The notes under the pieces: generated by a model | The model's input: the letters and a program-made list of their open reading frames with translations, nothing else | Told to the model about the DNA's origin: nothing | The model's database searches: none | Source of the DNA: a virus | Strand: one strand, 5' to 3' | IMG/VR virus record: IMGVR_UViG_3300035180_001452 | Location: 1-64,000 of that record | Length of the DNA stretch: 64,000 bases | Translations under genes and position numbers: made by a program | Shown here: in pieces, positions 32,501 through 42,600 of the stretch | Layout: each line of letters starts with the position of its first letter | How positions within the stretch are numbered: position 1 is the stretch's first letter

Positions 32501-35500
32501 TCTTACCAGCAAGAATACAAGCAAGCTCTATAGGAACTAGTTTCTCTGGTTCTTTTTGTATTATAGAACCTTCTTCCTTATCTAGATCTTTACCAGCTAT
32601 TACTCGTAGTAAAATCTCTAGCTGACCTAGCGTTAGTTCTTTTATCCAGTCTGAGGAGATTATTTTTCTAGGAGCAATTTCTAGTAGATCTTTAGAAGCA
32701 GAACGACTTAAGCAGAAGAACGGAATATCCTTATACGAGCCTTTCTTTTCCGTCCATCTAGGAGGAGAGTTCTTTGTACTTGGACCTCCCTTACTAAGAG
32801 ACGAGGAGATAGGCCCAAATAGTTTTTCTAGTAGATGGCTTATTCTATTACGACTTTCGTTACTTAGTCTTGCTCTCTTAGCTAGCTCAACCTGCTTTCT
32901 GTCTTGGTTAGGCTTTATAGTTCCTGCTACTATAAACCATCCTACTAGTTCTACTAGCTCGTCAGAATACTTTTTATCCTTAGGTAAATCATTATTAACC
33001 GCTGCTACAGGAATACTTTCGCTAGGCAACAGCTCTTTAGACGTAGTCCACTTCCTAGCTACGGATTCATCTTTCCCGGTATCTAAATTAATAACAGGCC
33101 ACTTATGATCTAATGTAGTAAGAGAGGAGTGCTTAGGCCCATCTAGATATAGTAAATCCTCTCCTTCTACATCGTAGACGTTAACTCTAGATACTTGTTG
33201 CCACTCAGACTTTCCTGTGCTATGGTTTAGTGTAAGAACAGTGTCTCCTTCTTTTAGGTCTGTGTACTTACACCAGCCATTACTGGTTAATATTTCAGTT
33301 TCTTCATCCGCACAACCGTACCCTAGCCGTATATGTAGCCTAGCTCCTGGTCTAAGCATCATAGATCTTGCCCATTGGCTCCAACGTCTTTCTAGATCTT
33401 CTCCTATAAGTCCTGAAAGGAACTGTGATACACCACTAGTAACAGCCTCCATAGTCCACGTATTTATAGTGTTTTGTCTATCTTCAAGAGCTACACTTGT
33501 AGCGGTTGATGTGAGCTTACCGTATAAGTTTGAAAATGTTATAGTAGCTACATCTACCGGATCTTTTCTAGACTGTACTATGTCTATAGAATTTATTCCA
33601 TGGGCTCCGTACATATGATCCCATACTCTTTCTACTCCAATCCACCTACCACCATCAACTATAACTACTAAGTACGCTGGGAAAGCTCCAACTAGTCTGC
33701 TTTCATGTGACTTATTCCTAAGATCATTAAACATATTTCTAATTCTATTAGTAATATTACCTATATCATCATCGGATTCTAGTTTTATATCAAAATTATT
33801 ATCATCAGCAGATATTTCTACGTTATACTTTTTTGTATAGTCCTCAGGCATTTTAGCCATGTAGCTGTATAGCACACCATTACCACCATCAACACATCCA
33901 GGTGGAAGATCTTTCTTGAGAATTTTAGAATAGTGCTCTTCACCTTCCATTGTCCTCCACGAGCCATCTACAGGAATAAGCTCCTCTTCGTGTACATCAT
34001 ATGCATCATACTCAGAAAAAGCGGATTTTGGTATAAATGATGCTTCAAAACATAGTCTTGTTATATCATAAATCTTAATTTTTCTATTCATAAGATCATT
34101 TAGTAACTTTGTCTTATATGGTTCTGGTACTTTAGCTTTTGTTAAAACGTTATAATAACTATCATGTCTTTTCCTTTCTCCATTACTTGCACTTGGAGTA
34201 TTATGTAGAGAAGATACATTTCCTCCTTGATTCCACCAGTCTTTCATTTCTCGTATATCGTCAACATAATTCTGAGCCTCAGAAGACATATGACCTCTAG
34301 CTACTGTACCTGTTCCAGATAAATGCGCCCATAAAGCTTTTCTAACATCACCATTATACTTTTCTAGGTATCCAGCTATTCTAGCTATTCCTACAGTTAC
34401 ATTGACTATAGGATCTTCTAGATTATATATGTTATGGTTTTTACTAAACCCACTATTTACCAAAAATGATTTTACTGCATTAACATCGTCTTTATTAAGC
34501 TGCATTAAACCTATATAACCTTTTTCATTTGCAGATAAAGATCTACCGTCAGACTCTCTAAGTATTATTCCTACTATCAAACCATCATCTAGTCCTTTTA
34601 CATTATTAAAGTATCTCTGCCTAATTTCACTAATCTGATTTCGTATAGGACTAGTTATTCTATTGACTCCGCCCACATGAGCTGAAATACCTGTTGGTCT
34701 CGAATACTTAGATCTATCTACTCCATTAGCAGCTGGTACATTACTATTGCTAGATGCAGAGGCTTTATTAGCAGCTGGTACATTACTATTGCTAGATGCA
34801 GAGTCTTCATCATCATCTTGTGTATCTTCTTTATTTCTACTTCTAGCTCTAGCATCTAGTACCTTGTCATAGTACTCCTTTAGTCGCTTCTCTTGATACT
34901 TCCTAAATTTCTTATCCTTATCTTTAATATAGTCGTTAGGTGGCTCCTCCTCTTCTTCAAATTTTTTTCCGGGAGTAAGAAAGAACCTGCCTCCAAAGTC
35001 ATCATAGCATAATAGGCTACCAAAACCGGGGCTAGTCTCTCCAATATTAGTATCTAATAACTCCTTAGTTATTTTTCTTGGATCTTTATGTGGCGGGCAG
35101 TAAAAGTCAGGATCCACGTATCCTAATGGATCTCCTGAAATATCTAGTAAAGTTATTGTTTCTAAGTTATCTTTAGATAGATCTATATTCTTTAGCATAG
35201 AAGCTAAATAATGCTCTCCCTCTACACCTCCTGCTGCGCGTCCCGTACTATAAAAATACTTAAGTAGACTAATCCAATAGTCTAGTTTTCTATTTGAAGG
35301 AAGGTACATATCTGGGTACAGTTCTATCATACGAAGTCTAGTAGCTAGTGTAGATGATTTCCACATTCTATCTATAGGAGATTCTCCTATTTTTTCTATA
35401 AGAATGTCTTTATAGTTATTGGTAGTTTTATTTATAATCTTTTTTATATCTTCTGGAGTATTACCACTATATGGTTCAGGAACTATATCTTTATATTTAG

Positions 35501-37922
35501 GGTTATGCATCAATTTAACAATAACCCTATCCATTTCGTCAAACTCTTCTCTGTTTCTTTGTGCTGGTCTAAACTCCATCAGGTCTAATTGAAAACTATA
35601 TACATGTGGGTACCCTTCCATAGTAGAAATGGACAGACTAATAGGAATAAAATTGCTTACTCCTAATGTATTTAGAATAGTATTATCTATAGTCATAAAG
35701 CCTGCGTAAGGAATGTTCCAAGGTCTTGGTCTCCATTCTCTCGCAACTTTTCTTACTGTCTCTACCATATTAGTAAGCAGGTCTACATCGTCCTCACCGA
35801 CTAGAGTCCCTTGTATTGATACAAAGGCATCTCCACTACCAAGATACTGATGTTTAGGTAAAGGATCTTGTTGTACCTGCTGAGTAGCCAGGTTTGTAGT
35901 AAACTGAACCGAAATATTACTTATTACAGATTCTGGAGATAGTGTATATTCATCCATATCAGCAATACTTATTTCTGGTTCATCGCTTCTATCAATTCTC
36001 TGAGCTATATATGCCCATATAGAAGAATTTCTTGGTACTAGAAAATAAGGGGAGTTATTATAAACCGCATCTGATTTATACGTTTCTGTTTTTAACAGAT
36101 CGTATATATTTTTAGATATCGCTAACTTTTCAGAATCTTTTAGCCCACCATTAGGAAGCAGTTCTATCTGTTCAAAGGATTTATTTTTAACTGCCTCCTG
36201 TATACTTTTACTGCCTATAAGCTTATAGCTAGAATAGGCTGTTATAAGCGGGTCTTGTAAAGCCTTAATAATATTTCTAGCTAGCTTAAACTTAACTAGC
36301 GCATAGTCCTGACCATCAAGCTTTAAAGTTATTAGGTCTCGTCCATCTTCAAGTTTATATACAGAACTAGTATCAAGATCTATTATATTCGATACTATAA
36401 GAGCTATAGTAGCATCATCATCCATTATAAAGGTGTGTCCTTTAGAATCCTTCTTTTCTATATCTACTAGAGTAGGATTCTTATTAGAATATCTAGCCTC
36501 TAAAGTATCGTTATTAGGTATAAGAAATGTAGTGTCACCTGCTATAGAATCTACTGCTGGCTTGGGTCCTCTTACATTATCATTTCCATACGTGTCTTCA
36601 CACCAAGCCCTGAATAATGGCCAACACCACGAATCACCAAAGCTATCATTCTCCGGTAAATACTGCCACCAGGCAAATGGTTCAGCTATTATCCTAACTG
36701 CAACTCCTTCAGGTGTACTGTCTAAAGTTTCTAGATGGAACTCCTTTATTGCAATAGCGCTTATATTCCAGTCTTCATTAAGATATACATTCTCAATAGG
36801 AAGAAACGGAGTTCTATTGTACTGCTGCATTAAAGGTATAACTACTGAGTTATACTGATCCTGTCCTATAGCAGTAAAAGATATCTGTATTTGGGTTATG
36901 GTATTATAATCGACTGCTTTAATAGATCCTTGATTTCTTAGAATCTCTATATTATCCATACCATTATCTGTTCTAATGGCAATGGACTGCGGAGGTATCA
37001 TAAGATTAGTATATCCTATTCGAGTATAGGACTCTGGGTGTAGAAACTGCTCCTCGTCCTGTGCTAGTTCTATAGGCATTACTACATGTTTTCTTTCAGG
37101 CCTATCTTTACTAGAAGCCTGGTCACTACTAATAGAATCTAAAAACTCTTTCTCTGCTTCTACTAATATATCATTAGGGCTAGGAAACGCTGCTGAAGAG
37201 AAAGAATGTCCTGCTTTTAACATCTGATTCATTACTCTATCAATAATAGCTCTATCCTCTTCAGCAGTTCTTGTTCTACTATTTATTGGATTTTTTGCAA
37301 CAAGTATTAGTCCTAAGTTCTTTGGAGATCTATTTATAGAGCTAGTGGTTTGTATAATATCAGTAATGTCAGTACTATTAGAGTTATTGCTATTAGAACC
37401 CTTACCACTAGACCTCATATCTATTATGCTTTTAGGTGAAGAAGTCGAAGTTGATATATAGCTATCTGCTAGCTTAATCTCTACCCTACCTTTTTGTTCA
37501 ACGAGATACTTAGCTATAGTAGGACTAGATGATTTTGCTGGTAAGGTAATCTCTATACTATAGAAATTACCGGGGACTAGTTCTCTGGTCGCGTTGTAGG
37601 CTTGGTTAAGCTTAATCTTTCTTACTAAAACATTGCTACTCTTAAATAGGGATTGTTCGGGCTCGCACTCCCATATAACACCACCAAGATCTATGGGAGA
37701 GCTATTAAATATGGAATAGCTGTTATCTGATACCGATATACCAGCCCGTGGATAACTATCTATAGTAGCGCTGTCGGCTTCTATACTAAATGCGCTAGTA
37801 GCACCATTTGAATTATTATCTAGGGGATAGTCATTAATGCTAGAAACATTAAAATACCCAAACCCATCTTCTACTTTAGTTAGTAGCGCATACACACGAA
37901 CCCTTTTCTGATTAAGCGACAT
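29571..37922 (-). CDS. Giant baseplate hub / tail lysin: SLT lytic transglycosylase, intein, C-terminal NlpC/P60
   Basis: ILRESD...GLMQL...DPIVN (SLT, about 34250-34600); YVYGG...GLDCSGFV...PRTA...KPGDLVF...HVGIY (NlpC/P60, about 29575-29930); RPGARLHIRLGYG|intein|S...FNGVI hub-like segment. Confidence 0.9.
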   Translation of the reverse strand: MSLNQKRVRVYALLTKVEDGFGYFNVSSINDYPLDNNSNGATSAFSIEADSATIDSYPRAGISVSDNSYSIFNSSPIDLGGVIWECEPEQSLFKSSNVLVRKIKLNQAYNATRELVPGNFYSIEITLPAKSSSPTIAKYLVEQKGRVEIKLADSYISTSTSSPKSIIDMRSSGKGSNSNNSNSTDITDIIQTTSSINRSPKNLGLILVAKNPINSRTRTAEEDRAIIDRVMNQMLKAGHSFSSAAFPSPNDILVEAEKEFLDSISSDQASSKDRPERKHVVMPIELAQDEEQFLHPESYTRIGYTNLMIPPQSIAIRTDNGMDNIEILRNQGSIKAVDYNTITQIQISFTAIGQDQYNSVVIPLMQQYNRTPFLPIENVYLNEDWNISAIAIKEFHLETLDSTPEGVAVRIIAEPFAWWQYLPENDSFGDSWCWPLFRAWCEDTYGNDNVRGPKPAVDSIAGDTTFLIPNNDTLEARYSNKNPTLVDIEKKDSKGHTFIMDDDATIALIVSNIIDLDTSSVYKLEDGRDLITLKLDGQDYALVKFKLARNIIKALQDPLITAYSSYKLIGSKSIQEAVKNKSFEQIELLPNGGLKDSEKLAISKNIYDLLKTETYKSDAVYNNSPYFLVPRNSSIWAYIAQRIDRSDEPEISIADMDEYTLSPESVISNISVQFTTNLATQQVQQDPLPKHQYLGSGDAFVSIQGTLVGEDDVDLLTNMVETVRKVAREWRPRPWNIPYAGFMTIDNTILNTLGVSNFIPISLSISTMEGYPHVYSFQLDLMEFRPAQRNREEFDEMDRVIVKLMHNPKYKDIVPEPYSGNTPEDIKKIINKTTNNYKDILIEKIGESPIDRMWKSSTLATRLRMIELYPDMYLPSNRKLDYWISLLKYFYSTGRAAGGVEGEHYLASMLKNIDLSKDNLETITLLDISGDPLGYVDPDFYCPPHKDPRKITKELLDTNIGETSPGFGSLLCYDDFGGRFFLTPGKKFEEEEEPPNDYIKDKDKKFRKYQEKRLKEYYDKVLDARARSRNKEDTQDDDEDSASSNSNVPAANKASASSNSNVPAANGVDRSKYSRPTGISAHVGGVNRITSPIRNQISEIRQRYFNNVKGLDDGLIVGIILRESDGRSLSANEKGYIGLMQLNKDDVNAVKSFLVNSGFSKNHNIYNLEDPIVNVTVGIARIAGYLEKYNGDVRKALWAHLSGTGTVARGHMSSEAQNYVDDIREMKDWWNQGGNVSSLHNTPSASNGERKRHDSYYNVLTKAKVPEPYKTKLLNDLMNRKIKIYDITRLCFEASFIPKSAFSEYDAYDVHEEELIPVDGSWRTMEGEEHYSKILKKDLPPGCVDGGNGVLYSYMAKMPEDYTKKYNVEISADDNNFDIKLESDDDIGNITNRIRNMFNDLRNKSHESRLVGAFPAYLVVIVDGGRWIGVERVWDHMYGAHGINSIDIVQSRKDPVDVATITFSNLYGKLTSTATSVALEDRQNTINTWTMEAVTSGVSQFLSGLIGEDLERRWSQWARSMMLRPGARLHIRLGYGCADEETEILTSNGWCKYTDLKEGDTVLTLNHSTGKSEWQQVSRVNVYDVEGEDLLYLDGPKHSSLTTLDHKWPVINLDTGKDESVARKWTTSKELLPSESIPVAAVNNDLPKDKKYSDELVELVGWFIVAGTIKPNQDRKQVELAKRARLSNESRNRISHLLEKLFGPISSSLSKGGPSTKNSPPRWTEKKGSYKDIPFFCLSRSASKDLLEIAPRKIISSDWIKELTLGQLEILLRVIAGKDLDKEEGSIIQKEPEKLVPIELACILAGKKTNLRQRYNRKANCLEYILTFSNTPHLKVGEHFPVKIKHTGIVWCPTTPNGTWFARRRGTTYYTGNSDASKYPVKFNGVISEVPVADRYCQVIALGDAIELMKPFPDTDSYMIYDSSVQKQKEHNMFQNTGIFALHGKEPRNIIGELFRPSWDLVSAVSAGRWQYNNPYGISHFGSLDYSIAWSSDNNFMPTYSLGEIGVNLYNSKQDPDNNSTAWQNWLTVNGMLAHLQGQTLIGVQIEDASPWKVIETCRKAIPDFIAAVRPFDYRSTLFFGKSSFPFYYKYKDGNVNASKLPNDNIEKYMALMDSKTFSQIHIICSGHNLIASNIIATDENVITNCQSKYIYGGAIRTVIREGDIMKADSDIFPEHQKTIVNNSGLLSGTLYGLEGIQSIANAISFGNINTVNTAANTTSVMLIRDSLADMYQGGSIISGDPYIFPWDYVYLIDASTLMNGLVQVKEVTNHFSLDAGYITVVSPDCLVATAGHVESSMWFSLARIGYSYASYRIWRYSLGHIIRRLSNSKIKSAIVGKAAKLSKNVTEKDLIKTRNGLLKAYESIKNKLKSNGVVVKTSEFIEKYAPEVKDMVTARVTANQWGNKIYGLIKKAEVGKHTTNIINYAKTTWASSKAGKKVAEFMSKEAQDEEAVAAAAKKTGKAVKTAAANKAGKAAKTVKAAEVVKGSKKAKAAAKGVASGAKGAIDLLDIAAAAVGILLTSTIGDTIGRWLSSSQSVVIMPLKVNDLEFSAGIEGHMGAVIGDPISTSDWFWASILSSADKDFLGSIVPFLADLVFPGSDSGWNPNNPEENNMQFPKIPEIQEDNFNKYIDKLNETINSTGTNTDLIMDDGTTGNIPVQPITKDSLFNAAKSFEGKKYVYGGDMSNLSSNNGLDCSGFVQAVFKNLGRDIPRTANVQYKMCTKIQEKDLKPGDLVFKLSNGIATHVGIYAGDGMVMEAPHTGSVVVLNTPLRKFNPDAYGRL
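32304..33314 (-). mobile_element. Intein (337 aa) in hub/tail lysin, degenerate LAGLIDADG-like core
   Basis: LGYG|CADEETEILTSNGW...TLDHKW...VWCPTTPNGTWFARRRGTTYYTGN|SDAS. Confidence 0.92.
34725..34803. repeat. Tandem duplication (37-bp identity, 42-bp period) encoding SASSNSNVPAAN twice
   Basis: attagcagctggtacattactattgctagatgcagag at 34725 and 34767; linker before the SLT domain. Confidence 0.9.
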
Positions 37923-39654
37923 TTCTCTTTAGTCTCCTAACTAATATCCTATCCAGCTTTTTTGTACTTACTGCACCGTCTGATATTTTAACATGAACAT
38001 GGCTCTTCACTGGAGATATAACCGCCTCCTGTCTATGCTCATGTACTATATCAGAATCCATAGAGGGTTCTGATACTATATTTATTTCGTTGCTTACTTC
38101 TGGCATAGGAGTATGTAATGCAGAATCTTTCTTACCATATACTTCAGGAGCCTTTACGGCTGTACTATCAAAAGCAATTCTGTTGGAATACTCCTTGCCG
38201 GAAAGCATACTTTGTATCTGTCGTTTATCTAGTTTTACTAGATTCTTTTTTTCTTTAGGACTAAGAAATACCCTTTGTTCTGTTGCACTGGAAGAACTTT
38301 TTATGGGGGAGGCACTAAGTTCTTGTGATACCTCTTTTAAGTTAATCCCTCTTTTTCTTAGCTTGGAACTTAGTCTATCAGTTCTTAGCCAGTTAGATAT
38401 CTCTCTTTTACTAACGGCATACTTATCAAATACTCTACGCATTATACTATCTAAATTTTCATAGGCAGTATTTTTATATGTAGAGGCTAACTTCATTTCT
38501 GCCAGTACGGCTGATTTTATTGGATTAGATATTCTTCTCTTAACTGTTTTGCTTACAATTCTTTCTGCATATTCAGCGGCTCTTCTAACATCAACAACTG
38601 ATGAATCTTTATATGTTCCTAGTCTATTTGCCTGCTCTCTTGACGCTGGTCCTTTCTCTCCAACCCCAGCATGGCCATATGCATGTCTACTAGATCTGTA
38701 ACTTGCATCTACAACATTTGCTATTTGGTTAAGCACTAGTCTAGTAGCACTAAAAGCCATTATATCAATAATAGGACCGCCTATTTCTTGAAATATAGGA
38801 GTTAGTTTTCGTACAGTATCTGCTCCTAACTTATTCTCTAGCTTTCCTATTGGTATAGCTTTATTGCCAATACCCTCCAATATCTTAATATCTTTTTCCC
38901 ACTCAGCAGCCTTATTAGTAAACCATGAGCTATCTAGGCTATTGCCAATCCATTTATATAAATCCGATCCTCTGCTGACAATTCCACCAGCAATATTTCT
39001 AGCAGTAGGACTTGATAGAGCAGCTCTACCAAATGCTCTAGATAAAGGATAAGATACTATCTCATGAAGAGCAAATGGTAACGATCTTATAATTCCTCCA
39101 GGACTTCTATTATCCTCTTTATAGTCTATATAAGCTCCTATAGACCTTCCTATTCCATAGTATAAACCAAATACAGGATAAGCATTAGCTGTAGTAAATA
39201 CAGATGCTAAAGATCTAGCTATAAATGGATCTCCTACAGACTGACTAAATGCAATTCCAGCTGATCCAAGTATAGGTATGCCTAATCCAATCGCTCCACC
39301 TATATTAGCATAGCTAGCAGCCTTATGAGGATCTACTCTTGACTGCTCTTCATAGGTTCCTAACCACTCTGACATGGTTCTAGAAGCAGGACCTTTTTCT
39401 CCTACACCCCAGTGACCATAGGCTAGCCTATGAGAATACTGTAAGGATGAATCTATACTAGGAAGTTCTCTTGGTACAAACTCTAATAAATATCTTAGAG
39501 GAGTCATACGTACAGGAGACTCCATACGGAAGTTACCAAGATGTGTTCCTACTATTTTCCTGGCAGACTCTGGATATGGTTGAGTATTCCAACCAATGTC
39601 TGATTTATTTATATAGGTTCCGCGTACCGACCGGTCATCAAATACACTAGCCAT
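37912..39654 (-). CDS. Tape-measure/ejection-like protein with hydrophobic segments and internal duplicated motif
   Basis: 580 aa; IGGAIGLGIPILGSAGIAF hydrophobic segment; YGH.GVGEKGPASR...LGTY...VD..[KR]AA.YA twice. Confidence 0.6.
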   Translation of the reverse strand: MASVFDDRSVRGTYINKSDIGWNTQPYPESARKIVGTHLGNFRMESPVRMTPLRYLLEFVPRELPSIDSSLQYSHRLAYGHWGVGEKGPASRTMSEWLGTYEEQSRVDPHKAASYANIGGAIGLGIPILGSAGIAFSQSVGDPFIARSLASVFTTANAYPVFGLYYGIGRSIGAYIDYKEDNRSPGGIIRSLPFALHEIVSYPLSRAFGRAALSSPTARNIAGGIVSRGSDLYKWIGNSLDSSWFTNKAAEWEKDIKILEGIGNKAIPIGKLENKLGADTVRKLTPIFQEIGGPIIDIMAFSATRLVLNQIANVVDASYRSSRHAYGHAGVGEKGPASREQANRLGTYKDSSVVDVRRAAEYAERIVSKTVKRRISNPIKSAVLAEMKLASTYKNTAYENLDSIMRRVFDKYAVSKREISNWLRTDRLSSKLRKRGINLKEVSQELSASPIKSSSSATEQRVFLSPKEKKNLVKLDKRQIQSMLSGKEYSNRIAFDSTAVKAPEVYGKKDSALHTPMPEVSNEINIVSEPSMDSDIVHEHRQEAVISPVKSHVHVKISDGAVSTKKLDRILVRRLKRNVA

Positions 39655-39657
39655 TTT

Positions 39658-42600
39658 CTACCTCAACAGCTTTTTTGCTATTTTATTAGCTTCTTGTTTA
39701 GTAATCTTTCTTCTATCATTAGAAATGACATGGCTTTTATCTGAGGCTCCAGTAGAATGCATATCTATAGCAGCATGAACCGCATTTACTATTTCATTAG
39801 GATCTACGTTACTATCTACAACACCCTTTATTCTTCCATGTATTGATTTGTGTATAGGAACTTCCTTTCGTACTACTCTATTATCCATCTTGGGCTCATT
39901 GATTTGGTCGTCTTCTGTCAATATACTAGGAGCTGACTTACGTATGCCAATACGAGAAGACATGACTCCTAGAGTAAGTAGAGCCCCTCCTATGGCTAGT
40001 ACGCCTGAACCCTTAAGTAATCCTCGTAGTTTATTTCCTAAATTATCCATACTTGATGGCATTATTCCAGAAATAAATTTACCAAAGTCTTCTGCCTTAC
40101 CAGAATTTATTATCCATGCCTGACCCACAGCATTAGCAGACCTAGCAACAGATGGCCCCTTTGGTGCGCTATTCGCTATTGCAGCATTGGCTGCAGCAAC
40201 TGTAGCCTTAGCAACTGACGGACCGTTTTGAGTACTATTTGCTACAGCAGCACTAGCTATATTAGCCGCACCTTTATTGACAGTACCACCTACAGCAGTT
40301 CTAGTTGCTTTAGCTGTAGCTTTAGTAGCTGCTCTACCCACAGCATTACCGCCTATTGAAGTCGGTGCTCCACCAACCGCTCTTGGTTCAGCGTTACCAA
40401 AATACCTATGTACTGCTTCATAAAACATATTATTAGTATAGCTACTTTTATCTAACTCTTCTAATATTTTATCTTTTGCTTTACTTGCTAGAAGATCTCT
40501 TAGGTAGTATGACTTTCCTCCAAGAGGTACGATAGCTTCTCCAATATTTCTGGTAATACCGTTAACTTCTACTGGCTGTATACTACCTTTTGTTATTCCT
40601 TTAATAGATTCAGACATATCTTGCCAATTAAGTACTCTTTTTATTTCCTGTCTTTGTATGTCTGTAAGAAATCCACCATTAGCTCCATATCTAGATTCTT
40701 CAATATCTCTTATTAGTATCTTAGCAAGCTGTGTTTGTCCCTTAGCTCCATGAATTGATACCACCTGTCTTGGTGTTAGGTTAAGAACTGATGGTGCGTA
40801 TTCTCCAGACATAAAAGCATTAGGTATCTCTAAGCTAGAAAGTCTAAGACCTGCTTGTCTAAGTTCAGGATTGGCTTTATACATAGCTTCTTCTTCGCTA
40901 CGTATCATTTTGCTTAGCTCTGCAGGATCGTGTATTCTTTTCTGGAAGTTATTTAGGTAATCGAGCATTATACTTCTATTAACAGCTCTGCTTTTATATC
41001 CTCTTTGTTCTATTCCTTTCCACCAAAGAACTCCCTCAAACTCATTGTTAAGAGACGGGTTCGTAGCAAGCTGCTTCTCCATATTTGTCTGCATATAGCT
41101 TCTTATACCAAACGCTAAATTTCTAGTTGCGTCCATTCCAAGCTCAAGAGACACATTGTCAGGTACACCAGCAGCTTTTCTAATTAGATCTACTACACTC
41201 TTCCCTTCAAACTTAAAGTTGTTTTCTATTAGATGTCTTGATAAAATTTCCCTATATGCTACTTGATTATTTCTAAATACTCCTCCGTTCTCAAAGAACC
41301 CAATTAGGTCTTGTTCATTAGCAACTTTTCCTAGGGCTGTTCTCATTATTCCTAAAGCTTTACCGGGATCGTTTTCGTGTGCTCTATAGAAAGTTCTGAG
41401 TACGAATTCTTCGATGCCATACTTAGTAAGCTGTGGAGTTGCTAGTCTTATTCTATATGAGTTAGTTATATCTGGAGTTATGGTCCATTCATGGAAAGGC
41501 TTTTGTGCTACCTCTTTCGCAAAATTAAACAAAGCCCCTTCAGTATTCTGTGCTCCATATACCTCTTTCCAACGAAGCCTGATTAAGTGCTGGGCCTGCT
41601 CTGCATTTATACTACCAGCTTTCATTTCTTTATCTATTAGATTAAAGAATGGTCTATCATATATTTTATATTGGTTATTAAACCAATCTAAACCAGATCT
41701 ATACTGTCTACGTATTCTAGGGTCCTTAAGAAACTGCGTATCAATCCACTTTAGTCTTTCTCTAAGCTCTGGGCTATCACTACTTTCTACGTACTGTGCA
41801 AAAGCATCTCTGGTAACCTTAAGTTTTTCTTCTGGAACTTCGGCCAGTTTCATCTTCCATTCAATATCTTCAAACCCAAACTTACCAGTTCCACTCCTTT
41901 CACCAGACAGTATCTCATGTATTCTTCTATTAAATAGATCTTTAGCAATTCTATCTTCTTCTTTTGCTACTTGTGTAGTATTAAGATTAGCTTCCCTAAG
42001 ATTTTGTAGAACTGTAGATAGCTGCAGAGCATCTTCTGCAAATACTGTTCTTCTAGTGGTAGTATTTGCGTCTACTAGATCTACAGCCCACTGTTCACCC
42101 CCGGTACTTGGATCTATGCCTTTTCTAATACTTTCTACAGCTAGCATTCTATTGCTAATATCTACTGGAATGTTATTACCATACGGGTCTCTCATTCTAG
42201 TGGGGTGGCCATATAGTATTTTATCTTTAAACTCTTCTGCAGATAACTGATGCCACTTGCTAATATCAACTTTTAGATAGTCATTAACTCCCGCTTCCAT
42301 AACCTTAGCAGTTAATAAAGCATCTTCTGCACCGGTGTGAGACTGTGCTCCTTTTAGTATGCCTCTTCTTGCTGCTGCGGTAGATAAAGCCTGGAAGCCA
42401 CCTTCAGGAGCTATAGCAGACTCAAGGAACATCACGTTTATAGCTCTATTTTTATTAGCTTCTACAAACGTATTATAGGCTTTCTCCATCTCTGCTAGTC
42501 TTTTAACTAGTTGTGCAGCCTCAGGAGTTGTAGGTACTTGAGATGCTCCTGCTGCCATTTCAGCTATTTCTGCTTTTATACGATCTTGATGCTTTTTAGC

